Shown: positions 17,031-27,300 of the stretch, piece after piece
How the letters are laid out: every line of letters begins with the position of its first letter
How positions within the stretch are numbered: the first letter of the stretch is position 1
Assembly: GCA_002796345.1 (NCBI GenBank)
Contig: PCXC01000028.1
Coordinates: 60,009 to 115,831 of the forward strand
Source: Deltaproteobacteria bacterium CG11_big_fil_rev_8_21_14_0_20_42_23
GTDB taxonomy: Bacteria > UBA10199 > 2-02-FULL-44-16
Reading direction: 5' to 3'
Length of the DNA stretch: 55,823 nucleotides
Notes under the pieces: generated by a model
Seen by the model: only the letters and a program-made list of their open reading frames with translations
Told to the model about the DNA's origin: nothing
Database searches by the model: none
Program-made: the position numbers and the translations under genes

Positions 17031-18965
17031 ATGAAAAAAAATGATAAAAAAAATGGTAAAAACAACCGCCCCTTTTCTGGAGGGAAAAAAACCATAGCTT
17101 TTTGGCTGGTGATTTTCCTGCTGATGCTTTCTGTTTTTCACTTTATGAATGAACCGCTTGTTTCTGCTCACAAGCTTGGATTTTCAGAGTTCATGTCGGC
17201 GGTTAAAAATGGTGAAGTTGAACAAGTGACCATTCAAGAAGATGTGTACTCTGGAAAATACAAATCTGGTGCGCAATTTGAAACCGTTGGTCCAATCAAC
17301 AGTGAAAAAGCCCTTGCTACGTTTGAAGAAAATAACGTTGCGGTCAATTATGTAAAAATGGCCGAAGTTTCCATTTGGCAACATCTCCTTTCCTGGCTTC
17401 CTTTAATTTTACTCTTTGGATTTTTCTTTTTCTCGATGCGGCAAATTCAAGTGGGTGGCGGAAAAGCGATGGGCTTTGGCAGAAGCAAGGCTAAGCTTTT
17501 AAACGAAAGCCAAAAACGAGTTACGTTCAATGATGTTGCAGGAGTTGAAGAAGCTAAAGAAGAACTTGAAGAAATAGTAGCCTTTTTGAAAGATCCCAAA
17601 AAATTTACGCGTCTCGGAGGAAGGATTCCAAAAGGTGTTCTGCTGATGGGCAGTCCAGGAACAGGAAAAACGCTCTTGGCCAAAGCTATTGCCGGCGAAG
17701 CGCGTGTTCCATTTTTTTCCATTTCGGGTTCAGATTTTGTAGAAATGTTTGTAGGTGTGGGTGCATCTCGAGTTCGAGATTTATTTGAGCAAGGAAAGAA
17801 AAATGCGCCGTGCATTATTTTCATCGACGAAATTGATGCCGTGGGAAGACACCGTGGCGCAGGCATTGGCGGTGGTCATGATGAACGTGAACAAACCTTG
17901 AATCAACTTCTCGTTGAAATGGACGGCTTCGAATCAAATGAAGGTGTTATCATTATGGCTGCTACAAACAGACCAGATGTGCTCGATCCTGCTTTGCTGC
18001 GCGCAGGCCGTTTTGATAGACGTATTACCGTTTCCCGCCCAGATCTAAAGGGAAGATTTGAAATCTTAAAAGTGCACACCAGAAATAAGCCACTTGATAT
18101 CAACGCAGACCTCGAAGTGCTGGCACGCGGTACACCAGGTTTTTCTGGAGCTGATTTGGAAAACGTGGTGAACGAAGCTGCACTCATTGCTGCTCGCTAC
18201 AACAAAAATGCTATCACCATTGAAGATTTAGAACTTGCCAAAGATAAAGTGCTTATGGGCAGCGAACGTAAAAGCATGATTGTCTCAGAAGATGAGAAGA
18301 AAAATACTGCATATCATGAAGCTGGCCATGCTCTGGTAGCCAAAATGATCCCAGGAACAGATCCTCTGCACAAAGTTACCATCATCCCGCGCGGAATGGC
18401 TCTGGGTCTTACTCAGCAGCTTCCGGTTGATGAACGATATACGCAAAACAAAACCTATTGTTATAATACCATTGCTATCCTTATGGGAGGAAGAGCAGCT
18501 GAACAATTAATTTTCTCCGAACCCACAACTGGTGCTGGAAATGACATCGAGCGTGCGACCGATCTTGCACACAAAATGGTATGCGAATGGGGAATGAGTG
18601 AAAAGTTGGGGCCACTTGCTTTTGGAAAAAAAGAAGAGCAGGTTTTTTTGGGCAAAGAAATGGGACATCAAAAAAATTACAGCGATACAACAGCACAAGT
18701 CATAGATGAGGAAGTGCATTCTATCGTTCGAGATGGATATGATAAAGCGTTTAAAATTTTAACGGACAATAAAAAACAACTTGAAGATTTGGCAATAGCT
18801 CTTCTTGAGCATGAGTCACTTGATGCAGATCAAATTGATAGAGTTGTAAAGGGTGAGAAACTCGCGGCAGATCAAAAGCCTGTTCAGCGAGAAAGTAATC
18901 CTGAAAAAAAAATGAATAAGCCAAGTAAAATTAGAAATCTTATTCCGGATCCTGGTAAAGCTTAA
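17031..18965 (+). CDS. ftsH: ATP-dependent zinc metalloprotease FtsH
   Basis: Two N-terminal TM segments, AAA Walker A GSPGTGKT, Walker B IIFIDEID, and zinc site HEAGHA. Confidence 0.97.
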   Translation: MKKNDKKNGKNNRPFSGGKKTIAFWLVIFLLMLSVFHFMNEPLVSAHKLGFSEFMSAVKNGEVEQVTIQEDVYSGKYKSGAQFETVGPINSEKALATFEENNVAVNYVKMAEVSIWQHLLSWLPLILLFGFFFFSMRQIQVGGGKAMGFGRSKAKLLNESQKRVTFNDVAGVEEAKEELEEIVAFLKDPKKFTRLGGRIPKGVLLMGSPGTGKTLLAKAIAGEARVPFFSISGSDFVEMFVGVGASRVRDLFEQGKKNAPCIIFIDEIDAVGRHRGAGIGGGHDEREQTLNQLLVEMDGFESNEGVIIMAATNRPDVLDPALLRAGRFDRRITVSRPDLKGRFEILKVHTRNKPLDINADLEVLARGTPGFSGADLENVVNEAALIAARYNKNAITIEDLELAKDKVLMGSERKSMIVSEDEKKNTAYHEAGHALVAKMIPGTDPLHKVTIIPRGMALGLTQQLPVDERYTQNKTYCYNTIAILMGGRAAEQLIFSEPTTGAGNDIERATDLAHKMVCEWGMSEKLGPLAFGKKEEQVFLGKEMGHQKNYSDTTAQVIDEEVHSIVRDGYDKAFKILTDNKKQLEDLAIALLEHESLDADQIDRVVKGEKLAADQKPVQRESNPEKKMNKPSKIRNLIPDPGKA

Positions 18966-19792
18966 TGCGCATAGGTACACTGAATACAGAAACCAAAAAG
19001 TATATTTTATTAGGGGTCCTTAATGTGACCCCTGATTCTTTTTCGGATGGAGGTTCTTTTCTCAAGCCTGAGAAAGCCCTTGATCACGCAAAAAAACTGC
19101 TTGAAGCAGGAGTTGATATTATCGATATCGGTGCAGAATCATCCAGACCAGGAAGTGATTCTGTTTCATGCGATGAAGAGCAAAGACGCTTGCTGCCTAT
19201 AGTTGAGGGGATTCGATCTTTTTCCTCAATTCCACTTTCGATCGATACCACCAAAAGTAAAGTGGCCAAAAAAGCTCTAGAGTGTGGTGCCAATATGATC
19301 AACGACATTAGCGCCGGCCTTCATGACCAGCAAATGTTCGAAGTGGTAAGGCAGTATGAAGTTCCCATTTGTTTAATGCATATGCGAGGAACTCCAAAAA
19401 CGATGCAAGAAAATCTGAACTACGAAGATGTGGTGAGAGAGGTGTTTGCTTTTTTGCAATCAAGAATGCAGCTTGCGATGGAAGCTGGAATAAAAAAAGA
19501 AAATATCATGCTTGATCCTGGAATTGGTTTTGGGAAATCAGCTGAAGATGATGTGAGACTACTACAAAATATTGAAAGTTTTTTAGAACTTTCTCAAAAT
19601 ATTTTGATTGGAACTTCAAAAAAGAAATTTATGGGAAAACTCTTACATCTCGCTCTTGAACAACGTGAAGAATCAACATTGGCTACACTTTCTTTTGCTT
19701 GGAAAAAGGGAGCAAAATTTTTAAGAGTGCATGATGTTGAAAAAGCAAAGCGCTACTTAGACATGTATTGTCTACTTGAAGGAGAAGGATAA
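18965..19792 (+). CDS. folP: dihydropteroate synthase
   Basis: LNVTPDSFSDGG and DIGAESSRPG motifs. The start overlaps the ftsH stop (TAATG). Confidence 0.92.
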   Translation: MRIGTLNTETKKYILLGVLNVTPDSFSDGGSFLKPEKALDHAKKLLEAGVDIIDIGAESSRPGSDSVSCDEEQRRLLPIVEGIRSFSSIPLSIDTTKSKVAKKALECGANMINDISAGLHDQQMFEVVRQYEVPICLMHMRGTPKTMQENLNYEDVVREVFAFLQSRMQLAMEAGIKKENIMLDPGIGFGKSAEDDVRLLQNIESFLELSQNILIGTSKKKFMGKLLHLALEQREESTLATLSFAWKKGAKFLRVHDVEKAKRYLDMYCLLEGEG

Positions 19793-20508
19793 TGCCACTT
19801 CTTGGAGTAAATATTGATCACGCTGCAACTCTTCGTGAAGCAAGAAAAACAACGTATCCAAATGTGCTCGATCTTGCCAAACTTGCTATCACTTCAGGAG
19901 CAGATCAAATTACAATTCATCTCAGAGAAGACAGGCGGCATATTCAAGATGCAGATGTGTGGTTATTGAAGCAAGAAATTTCGGTTCCGCTTAATTTGGA
20001 AATGTCACTTGCGCCAGATATTATCGACATTGCCTGTCAGCTCAAACCTGCACGCGTCACCATTGTGCCGGAGCGACGTGAAGAACTCACGACCGAAGGT
20101 GGGCTCAACCTCACAACAAATTCCGAGCGTTTAGCGCATGCAATTGAACGTCTCCAAAAAAATAAAATTGAAATAAGTCTTTTTATTGATCCCGAACAAG
20201 AACAGATTGCCCTCGCCAAAACATTTTCAGTTCCCTGGGTAGAGCTTCACACCGGAGCCTATGCGGAACGTTCGGTGGAAGTGCCTTGCCAGGAAATGCT
20301 CTCTCAGCTAAAAGAGGCCGCACAATTTGCTTTGGCTTGTGGTTTTCAGCTTGCAGCCGGACATGGTTTGAATTACCACAATGTGCGCCACTTGGTTGAA
20401 GCTGTGCCAGAGATTCAAGAATATAATATTGGACATGCCGTTATGGCGAAGTCACTTTTTGTTGGAATTGAAGCTGCGGTAAAAAAAATGAAAGAGCTTG
20501 TACAATAG
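19792..20508 (+). CDS. pdxJ: pyridoxine 5'-phosphate synthase
   Basis: LGVNIDHAATLREAR, HLREDRRHI and ELHTG motifs. 238 aa. Confidence 0.93.
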   Translation: MPLLGVNIDHAATLREARKTTYPNVLDLAKLAITSGADQITIHLREDRRHIQDADVWLLKQEISVPLNLEMSLAPDIIDIACQLKPARVTIVPERREELTTEGGLNLTTNSERLAHAIERLQKNKIEISLFIDPEQEQIALAKTFSVPWVELHTGAYAERSVEVPCQEMLSQLKEAAQFALACGFQLAAGHGLNYHNVRHLVEAVPEIQEYNIGHAVMAKSLFVGIEAAVKKMKELVQ

Positions 20509-20553
20509 AAATGTAGCCGAGTTTTTAAGAATGCTCGGAAAAGGGAGAAGCTT

Positions 20554-20931
20554 ATGATCTTCGGAATTGGGGTAGATCTTGTGGAAGTAAGAAGAATTGA
20601 AGCAATTATTTTTCGTTGGGAAGATCGTTTTTTAAAAAAAATATTTACTGATGCCGAAATAAAATACTGCAACAACAAAAAAAATCCGTCACAACGTTTT
20701 GCAACTCGTTTTGCAGCGAAACAAGCTTTTATCAAAGCGCTGTATCCAAAAGGAAGTGAAGGCGTCGAATACAGAGCCATCGAGATTGCACAAGAAGACA
20801 GACCAACGGTGATTTTGTCCGGCGAAGTAAAAAGAAAATCAGACGAAGCAGGTATCAATAAAGTTCACCTTATGGTTTCCCATGATGGCAACTACGCGAT
20901 CGCAAATGTTGTTCTAGAGAAAAAGGGATAA
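20554..20931 (+). CDS. acpS: holo-[acyl-carrier-protein] synthase
   Basis: MIFGIGVDLVEVRRIE... followed by FAAKQAF.KA. 125 aa. Confidence 0.9.
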   Translation: MIFGIGVDLVEVRRIEAIIFRWEDRFLKKIFTDAEIKYCNNKKNPSQRFATRFAAKQAFIKALYPKGSEGVEYRAIEIAQEDRPTVILSGEVKRKSDEAGINKVHLMVSHDGNYAIANVVLEKKG

Positions 20932-20933
20932 AC

Positions 20934-22496
20934 ATGAAAATCGTCTCATCTGATGCTATGAAAGCCTTAGATAAAGCGGTCATTGAATTGGACCACATAC
21001 CTTCACTTGAACTCATGGAGCATGCAGGTGCCGCAGTTGCAGATGCTGCATGCGAACTATTTCCAAAAGAAAAGGGTTGTATTGGAGTGTTGTTGGGCCG
21101 TGGAAACAACGCTGGAGACGGGCTTGCCGCAGGACGACTTCTTTTAGACAAAGGATATGAAGTTTGTTTTTTTCACACATTTGCACTTGATCACTTTTCT
21201 GAAGATGCAAAAGCAAATTATAATCGCTTGCAAGAAAAAGCTCCTCGCTTCGTTTCAGCTACATCAATAGAAGAATGCGAAAAGGAAAAACAAACACTTC
21301 AATCATGCCAAGGTTTTATAGATGCTCTTTTTGGTACCGGCCTTAAAACCGCGGTCAGTGGACACTTCACCCGTCTTATCGAATACATCAACGAACTTTC
21401 TTATCCTGTTATTTCCATCGATGTTCCATCGGGGCTTAGTGCAGATACTGGTGAAGCCCTAGGAAGCACCATTTATGCTGCTCGCACGGTAACGCTTGGA
21501 CTTCCCAAAGTTGGACTTTTCTGTGGCGATGGCCCTGCATGCGTGGGGAAGTTAACTGTTGCCGATATTGGAATTCCAAAAGCACGTGAGGCTTCAGTTT
21601 CAGGTGAATACGAGCTTATTACGCCAGAGTCGTTTCAAGAACTTTTACGTCCACGAAAATCTGATGCACACAAAGGCAACTTTGGACATTTTCTTGTTAT
21701 CGCTGGTCATAAAGGCATGCTTGGTGCCGGCTATCTTACCAGCAGAGCAGCTTTGCACATTGGTGCTGGGCTTGTAAGTTTTGCCCTTCCCAAAAAAGCA
21801 TATGAAAAATTTGATGCACGATATCCAGAGCTCATCTGTCATCCGGTTCCCGATGGCGATACAGGCTGCTTTCATCCTGTTGGTCTCAAAGGTGTGCTTG
21901 ATTTCATGAGCGGAAAAAATTCTATCGCCGTTGGGCCAGGTATTGGAGTGGCAGCAACAACCAAAGATTTTGTACGAGAAGCGTTGCCCATTATCGATCT
22001 TCCCCTCGTGCTTGATGCCGACGGATTAAATTGTCTGGGAAACAATCACCTCGAAATTTTGAAACAGCGAAAAGCGCCAACTATTATTACGCCTCATCCA
22101 GGTGAAATGGCGCGCCTTACAGGAAAAAGTATTCAAGATATTCAAGAGCACCGCATTGAAATTACAAAGAACTTTTCAATGACGTACAATGTGTACGTTG
22201 TCCTTAAAGGAGCTTCAACCGTTATTGCAACTCCACAAGGAAAAATTTATATCAATCCAACCGGAAATCCAGGTATGGCAACAGCTGGCACGGGCGACGT
22301 GCTTACGGGTGTTATCGCAGGTTTGCTTGCACAAGGCTACAAACCAGAGCTAGCCTGCATTGCCGGAGTTTACTTACATGGTTTAGCTGGTGATATTGCT
22401 GCCAAAGATGAGGGCGAAATTTCAATGGTGGCCTCAGATGTGATAAACCGGCTTTCAGATGCAATTCGGCAAGCTTCTCACGGAATTTCTGCATGA
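20934..22496 (+). CDS. nnr: bifunctional NAD(P)H-hydrate epimerase / ADP-dependent dehydratase
   Basis: N-terminal YjeF_N motif GRGNNAGDG. C-terminal kinase-like half with HKG..G and GTGDVLTG. Confidence 0.9.
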   Translation: MKIVSSDAMKALDKAVIELDHIPSLELMEHAGAAVADAACELFPKEKGCIGVLLGRGNNAGDGLAAGRLLLDKGYEVCFFHTFALDHFSEDAKANYNRLQEKAPRFVSATSIEECEKEKQTLQSCQGFIDALFGTGLKTAVSGHFTRLIEYINELSYPVISIDVPSGLSADTGEALGSTIYAARTVTLGLPKVGLFCGDGPACVGKLTVADIGIPKAREASVSGEYELITPESFQELLRPRKSDAHKGNFGHFLVIAGHKGMLGAGYLTSRAALHIGAGLVSFALPKKAYEKFDARYPELICHPVPDGDTGCFHPVGLKGVLDFMSGKNSIAVGPGIGVAATTKDFVREALPIIDLPLVLDADGLNCLGNNHLEILKQRKAPTIITPHPGEMARLTGKSIQDIQEHRIEITKNFSMTYNVYVVLKGASTVIATPQGKIYINPTGNPGMATAGTGDVLTGVIAGLLAQGYKPELACIAGVYLHGLAGDIAAKDEGEISMVASDVINRLSDAIRQASHGISA

Positions 22497-22918
22497 TTTT
22501 ACATTCGCTTCAAGAAACCCAAAAAATGGCGAAAGAACTTGCATCACACCTCAAAAAAGGAGATGTGCTTGCTTTGTCTGGAGAGTTAGGAGCCGGGAAA
22601 ACCACGTTTATCGCGGCTTTGGCAAGAGCGCTTGGAGTTTCCGAAACAACATATGTTTCTTCTCCAACCTTTACCATCATGAATGTCTATGAAGGTAGGG
22701 TGCCTTTGTACCATTTTGATTTTTACCGTTTAGAACATGAAGATGAAGTAAAAGAATTGGGCATGGAAGAATATCTTTACGGAAATGGCATTTGTTTTAT
22801 TGAGTGGGCAGAAAAATTTCCAAGTGTTTTGCCGAAAAATATTTATCGATTACACTTCAAAGTTCTTTCAGAAAGTGAAAGAGATCTCAACATTGAGACT
22901 CCTTTGGTTAACGCATGA
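22493..22918 (+). CDS. tsaE: tRNA t6A37 biosynthesis ATPase TsaE
   Basis: 141 aa. P-loop GELGAGKTTF, and SPTFT...Y....HFD.YR. Confidence 0.9.
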   Translation: MILHSLQETQKMAKELASHLKKGDVLALSGELGAGKTTFIAALARALGVSETTYVSSPTFTIMNVYEGRVPLYHFDFYRLEHEDEVKELGMEEYLYGNGICFIEWAEKFPSVLPKNIYRLHFKVLSESERDLNIETPLVNA

Positions 22919-24135
22919 CTTTTATTGTTCAAAAATTTGGTGGAACTTCAGTAGGTGATATCAAGCGCATTCAAGCTGTTGCGGACAAAATTATTGAAGA
23001 GAGAAAACGGGGAAACGCTGTTCTTGCCGTAGTTTCCGCTATGGCTGGCGAAACAAATCGATTGCTCAAACTTGCAAGCGAAATGAGTGAAGCTCCGCAA
23101 CCTTTGCATCAAGATGTTTTGGTTTCAACTGGTGAGCAAGTGACCGTTGCCCTTTTGTGCATGGCACTTGAAAACAAAGGCTACACGGCTGAACCTTTTC
23201 TTGGCCATCAGGCGGGCATTGTCACTGACGAACATCACGGCAAAGCACGCATTCGCAGAATTGACACCGATCGCATTCGGCACATTCTAAAAAAAGAGGG
23301 CATTCCAGTAGTGGCGGGATTTCAAGGAGTAACCGAAGCGGGCGCCATTACCACCATCGGTCGTGGTGGTTCAGATACTACAGCCGTGGCACTTGCAGCG
23401 GCACTCAATGCAGACCGATGCGATATTTACACCGATGTAAAAGGTGTCTACACGGCAGATCCCCGTATATGTGCAAATGCGCGCTTACTTAAAACAGTAA
23501 GTTATGAAGAAATGCTAGAACTTGCCGATGCTGGAGCAAAAGTATTGCACAGTCGTTCGGTAGAAATTGCTGCAAAACATAAAGTGAAGCTCAGAGTTCT
23601 CTCCAGTTTTGAAGATGGCGCGGGAACGGAAATTGTAACGGAGGATCAGCTGATGGAAGACATACTGGTTTCAGGTGTGACGCTTAATATAGATGAAGCA
23701 AAAATTGCCATTCGGCAAGTTCCGGACAAACCTGGCATCACCGCACAAATTTTCAAGCCTCTTTCCGATGCAGGCATAAACGTAGACATGATTGTCCAAA
23801 ACGTTTCGAAAGAAGGCCTCACCGATCTTACCTTCACCGTTCCAAAACAAGACTTGAAGCAATCGATGCTCATCGCAGAAGCAGTGGCAGCCGATACTGG
23901 AGCGGGTAAGGTTGAAATGGCCAGTGACATTGCAAAAATTTCTGTAGTGGGTGTGGGGATGAGAACACATGCTGGTGTTGCGTACAAAATGTTTCGCACA
24001 CTTGCTGATGAAGGAATTAGTGTTCATATGATCTCAACTTCAGAAATTAAAGTGTCTATTGTGATCGATGCAAAATGTGCCGAACTTGTAGTGCGCGCAC
24101 TTCATTCAGCCTTCGAACTTGATCAGAAAAAGTAA
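22915..24135 (+). CDS. lysC: aspartate kinase
   Basis: N-terminal VQKFGGTSV, GRGGSDTTA, and C-terminal tandem ACT regions. 406 aa. Confidence 0.93.
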   Translation: MTFIVQKFGGTSVGDIKRIQAVADKIIEERKRGNAVLAVVSAMAGETNRLLKLASEMSEAPQPLHQDVLVSTGEQVTVALLCMALENKGYTAEPFLGHQAGIVTDEHHGKARIRRIDTDRIRHILKKEGIPVVAGFQGVTEAGAITTIGRGGSDTTAVALAAALNADRCDIYTDVKGVYTADPRICANARLLKTVSYEEMLELADAGAKVLHSRSVEIAAKHKVKLRVLSSFEDGAGTEIVTEDQLMEDILVSGVTLNIDEAKIAIRQVPDKPGITAQIFKPLSDAGINVDMIVQNVSKEGLTDLTFTVPKQDLKQSMLIAEAVAADTGAGKVEMASDIAKISVVGVGMRTHAGVAYKMFRTLADEGISVHMISTSEIKVSIVIDAKCAELVVRALHSAFELDQKK

Positions 24136-24242
24136 TTTTTCTCAGCATCGGTAAAAATAAGTTTTTATTCTTCTTAGCTCTTGCAAAAAGCATGTCTTTT
24201 CATTATCTTCCGCGCGTGGGGAGAAAAAACGTCAAAATTTTG

Positions 24243-24282
24243 ATGGGATAGTACTTTTTGAGAAGGTGCTGTCCCATTTTTT
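24243..24282 (+). terminator. rho-independent terminator closing the lysC block
   Basis: 12-bp stem ATGGGATAGTAC (24243..24254) / GTGCTGTCCCAT (24266..24277) with two G:U pairs and an 11-nt loop, followed by TTTTTT. Confidence 0.6.
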
Positions 24283-24392
24283 AATGTCATGGCAAAAAAA
24301 ATCTATAAAAATTAAAGACATAGATAGCAACCTTTCCTGTATCGGTGGCATTTAACTTGCAAACTTATTGATTGAGTGGGGCTGGAGAACAT

Positions 24393-27300
24393 ATGAGAAA
24401 AAAAACGTACTTTCATTTCCTACCGCTGTTTCTAGCAGTGTTCGCTTACATTTTTTTAGCTGCACCATTATTACATGCTCAGGAAGACCAAAGACCACCA
24501 CAAGAGAATCCTCCCTTGCCTGGGAACGGCATAGGCCAAGATCCTGCAGCTGCAGGACGAATGTACACAGACCCCATTCCAGTGCTTGCAGAACCTGGTC
24601 AGCGAGATCCACACAAAGATAAACTAAGAACTGATGCAACGCACCTGCGGTTTTTTGATCATCCACTTCCTCCAGCAGGAAGTGATTTTTTCCGTACACA
24701 CTCAGTACACATTGATGGTGAAGAACTCTTTGTGCAGGACCTCTTTGCTACACCAGGGCTTCCTGGCGGTCTTGCTTTAGATCATTTGAATATGCTTGCT
24801 GTTGTTGGAGATAGAGTGCTTGAACCGTTACATGGATTTTGCCAGTCAGAAACGAAATTGGGAGCTGATGTCTTTAGTATTTATTGCCAGGCAACACAAG
24901 AAAACCAAGCAAAGCGAGCAATTCAAATAGCAGATATTTATGACACGGAAGACAATAGAGTGTTTGAAAACTTGTCAGGGCAAAGTCCGCTTATTGCAAA
25001 CATTATTGCCAGTTCTGATTATACGCTTTCTCCTTACAATAAATCACTCTATCCAAGAGCTATTGGTCTCCCTGCTGCTGAATGGCCGCTCTTGAAAGAA
25101 ATTCAACGCATTGAGCCTGAGGCCGTTAATGATTTCCTCCCCATTCGCTATGGAGACGCCATTACCTATGGCATTGCTGACATTGGTTATGGAAGGGGCT
25201 TAGTTACAGCTGCGTATGATCCCATTGCAGTTAGGCTTAAAGCTGCTCAGAGCATAGAACATGGAAATCAAGATGCTGAAGAAGAAATACTTGATAACAT
25301 AAGCGCAGGCTTTTTTTCACCGCTTGTTTTTTATCGTAGCAATGTTGATGCGCTGATTGGCAGACTTCAGCTTGCAGGATACAAAGCACTAGATCTTGTT
25401 GGAGCAGGTTTCTTTAATGAGAATGGACCAGGAAACGTTCTTAATCTTCTAACAGATTTTAGCTTTAATCCTATTAGTGTCGAGCGCATGATTTACTATC
25501 AAGCAGATAGCCTTGCTCAAATTGAAAGACAGCCGTGGAATAAAAACTTTGGTCACTTTGATGGTTTTGCTGTGGTGAATCAAGCTCCGGTTTTTGATTT
25601 AGATGAAATCTTTACCGACAAAGTTGGAAATCCAGTTGTGAATGGAAGGAATCATACTTCTGTCTTTGAATATATTGGTCTACGCTCGCAACAAGGTGAC
25701 TTCGCAAAACTTACTCAAGCAATTTTTCCAAATCGTCTTGTATCGTATGTAAATTTTTGGGGCCGCTTTGGTGAACCTTGGGCACTTTCTCCCACCATTC
25801 AAGATAATAATCCAAATTCTGTTTTCACTCCTTTTGCATCAGTCATCATACCCGCTGAGGTCTATTCGGCTGCACCTGGCGTAGAAAGAGTGGATGGAGT
25901 AGATCGCCAAGTGCTCTTTGTAGCTTCTTCACGTCCAGTCCTTAATAGAGACCAAGCAAAATCTTTTTATGTATATAAGGCAGATCCTTTTCTTTTCGAG
26001 AACAGATTACATACAATAAGTGATGTAAGGGAACCGAATTTATCAGCAACAAATTGGTTCTTGCCAGAGAAATATGATATTCGAGGTATTCCGAATGGCT
26101 TTGTTCCTTATTCTCTTTCTGCTGCTGATATTGATGGAGATTTTTGCCTTGATATCGCCATGACTTTAAGGGGAGAAGGCTATGAATCGCTTACTCCACT
26201 TGAAGAATTTGAAAACTTACCTGATCAGCATGTTTATTTCAGAGCTTCCGAAGAAAACAATGCCATGTTTTCAAATAGTGTTTTGTTCTATAAGAGTGAA
26301 AGAGTTCAAGGAAAATGTAGTCTTCAAAGAGATCCACAGAGAATATTTTCGCTCAATGTTAATTCTCAAATTGCCCGTGCTGTTTTGGCACAGGTTGATG
26401 ATAATGGACCATTTGATTTACTCGTACTGGATCTTATTCCCCACATAATTTTAGAAGGGAATGATGCAGGAAAAATGGCTGCTTATGGTTTTCTCTTTAA
26501 AGACATCAATCAAAATCCAATTCTGAATCGTTTTCAAGATGCCAAGCCAATTCGTTTTGGTTTTGTAACGGCCGATGCTGGTTTATTACCTGCGAATACC
26601 CAAGATGCAGGAGGACGATACCTTCAAGAAGCTGCTGCATCAGAAATTTCGCGAAAATTGATTGGTCCAAGCGAAGCAAGCATAGATGAAAACTACAATC
26701 TAGCGGCTATCAATGGTTTACCGCTCATGCTTCCACGTTTTGAGTGCCCAACGTTAGAAAATTATGATGTAGCAAGCCCTGCTGAAATATATATTTCAAG
26801 TTTTGCAAATTATGTTGCAGAAGACGCAAGAGACAGATTCAGAGCAGCACCATTTAAAATTAATGGTATTGTTATCCCACGGCGATGTCGTACCGACATT
26901 TGTAAGTTCACTCTCCAAAATGGCCAAGTAGTGGAGGCTCCTTTTTGGGCAAATGATCTCTGCTGCGATCCATGCAATCCAGCTTTTGTGCAATGTAAAG
27001 GTGATATTGCAGTGGTGAATAGCATTATAGGGCCTACCGAAGCATACTGCGCTAATCGAGGAGCATCATTAGACAGTGAGTTTTTATCGGATGAACTTTA
27101 TGCTGTCGCAAAAACAAAATACAGGCCAGATTCCATTGTTGAAACTTCGCATGCTTCTGCGATAGCGGATATAAGAGACTTACAGCGTGCTCAGTTTTCT
27201 GCTCCAAATACTTCAAGCCAAAAGAACCTTGATACAAGTAATACGCTCATTCAAGAGCAGAATAATCTTCCAAGTTCAGATCAAGTTCAATTGAACATAA

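Noticed and set aside
22800-22918. Lysine riboswitch upstream of lysC
   Set aside because: The lysC start overlaps the tsaE stop, so there is no leader region at all.
24192-24251. 19-codon ORF (MSFHYLPRVGRKNVKILMG) in the lysC 3' region
   Set aside because: It has no SD, runs into the terminator stem, and is far too short to support without conservation data.
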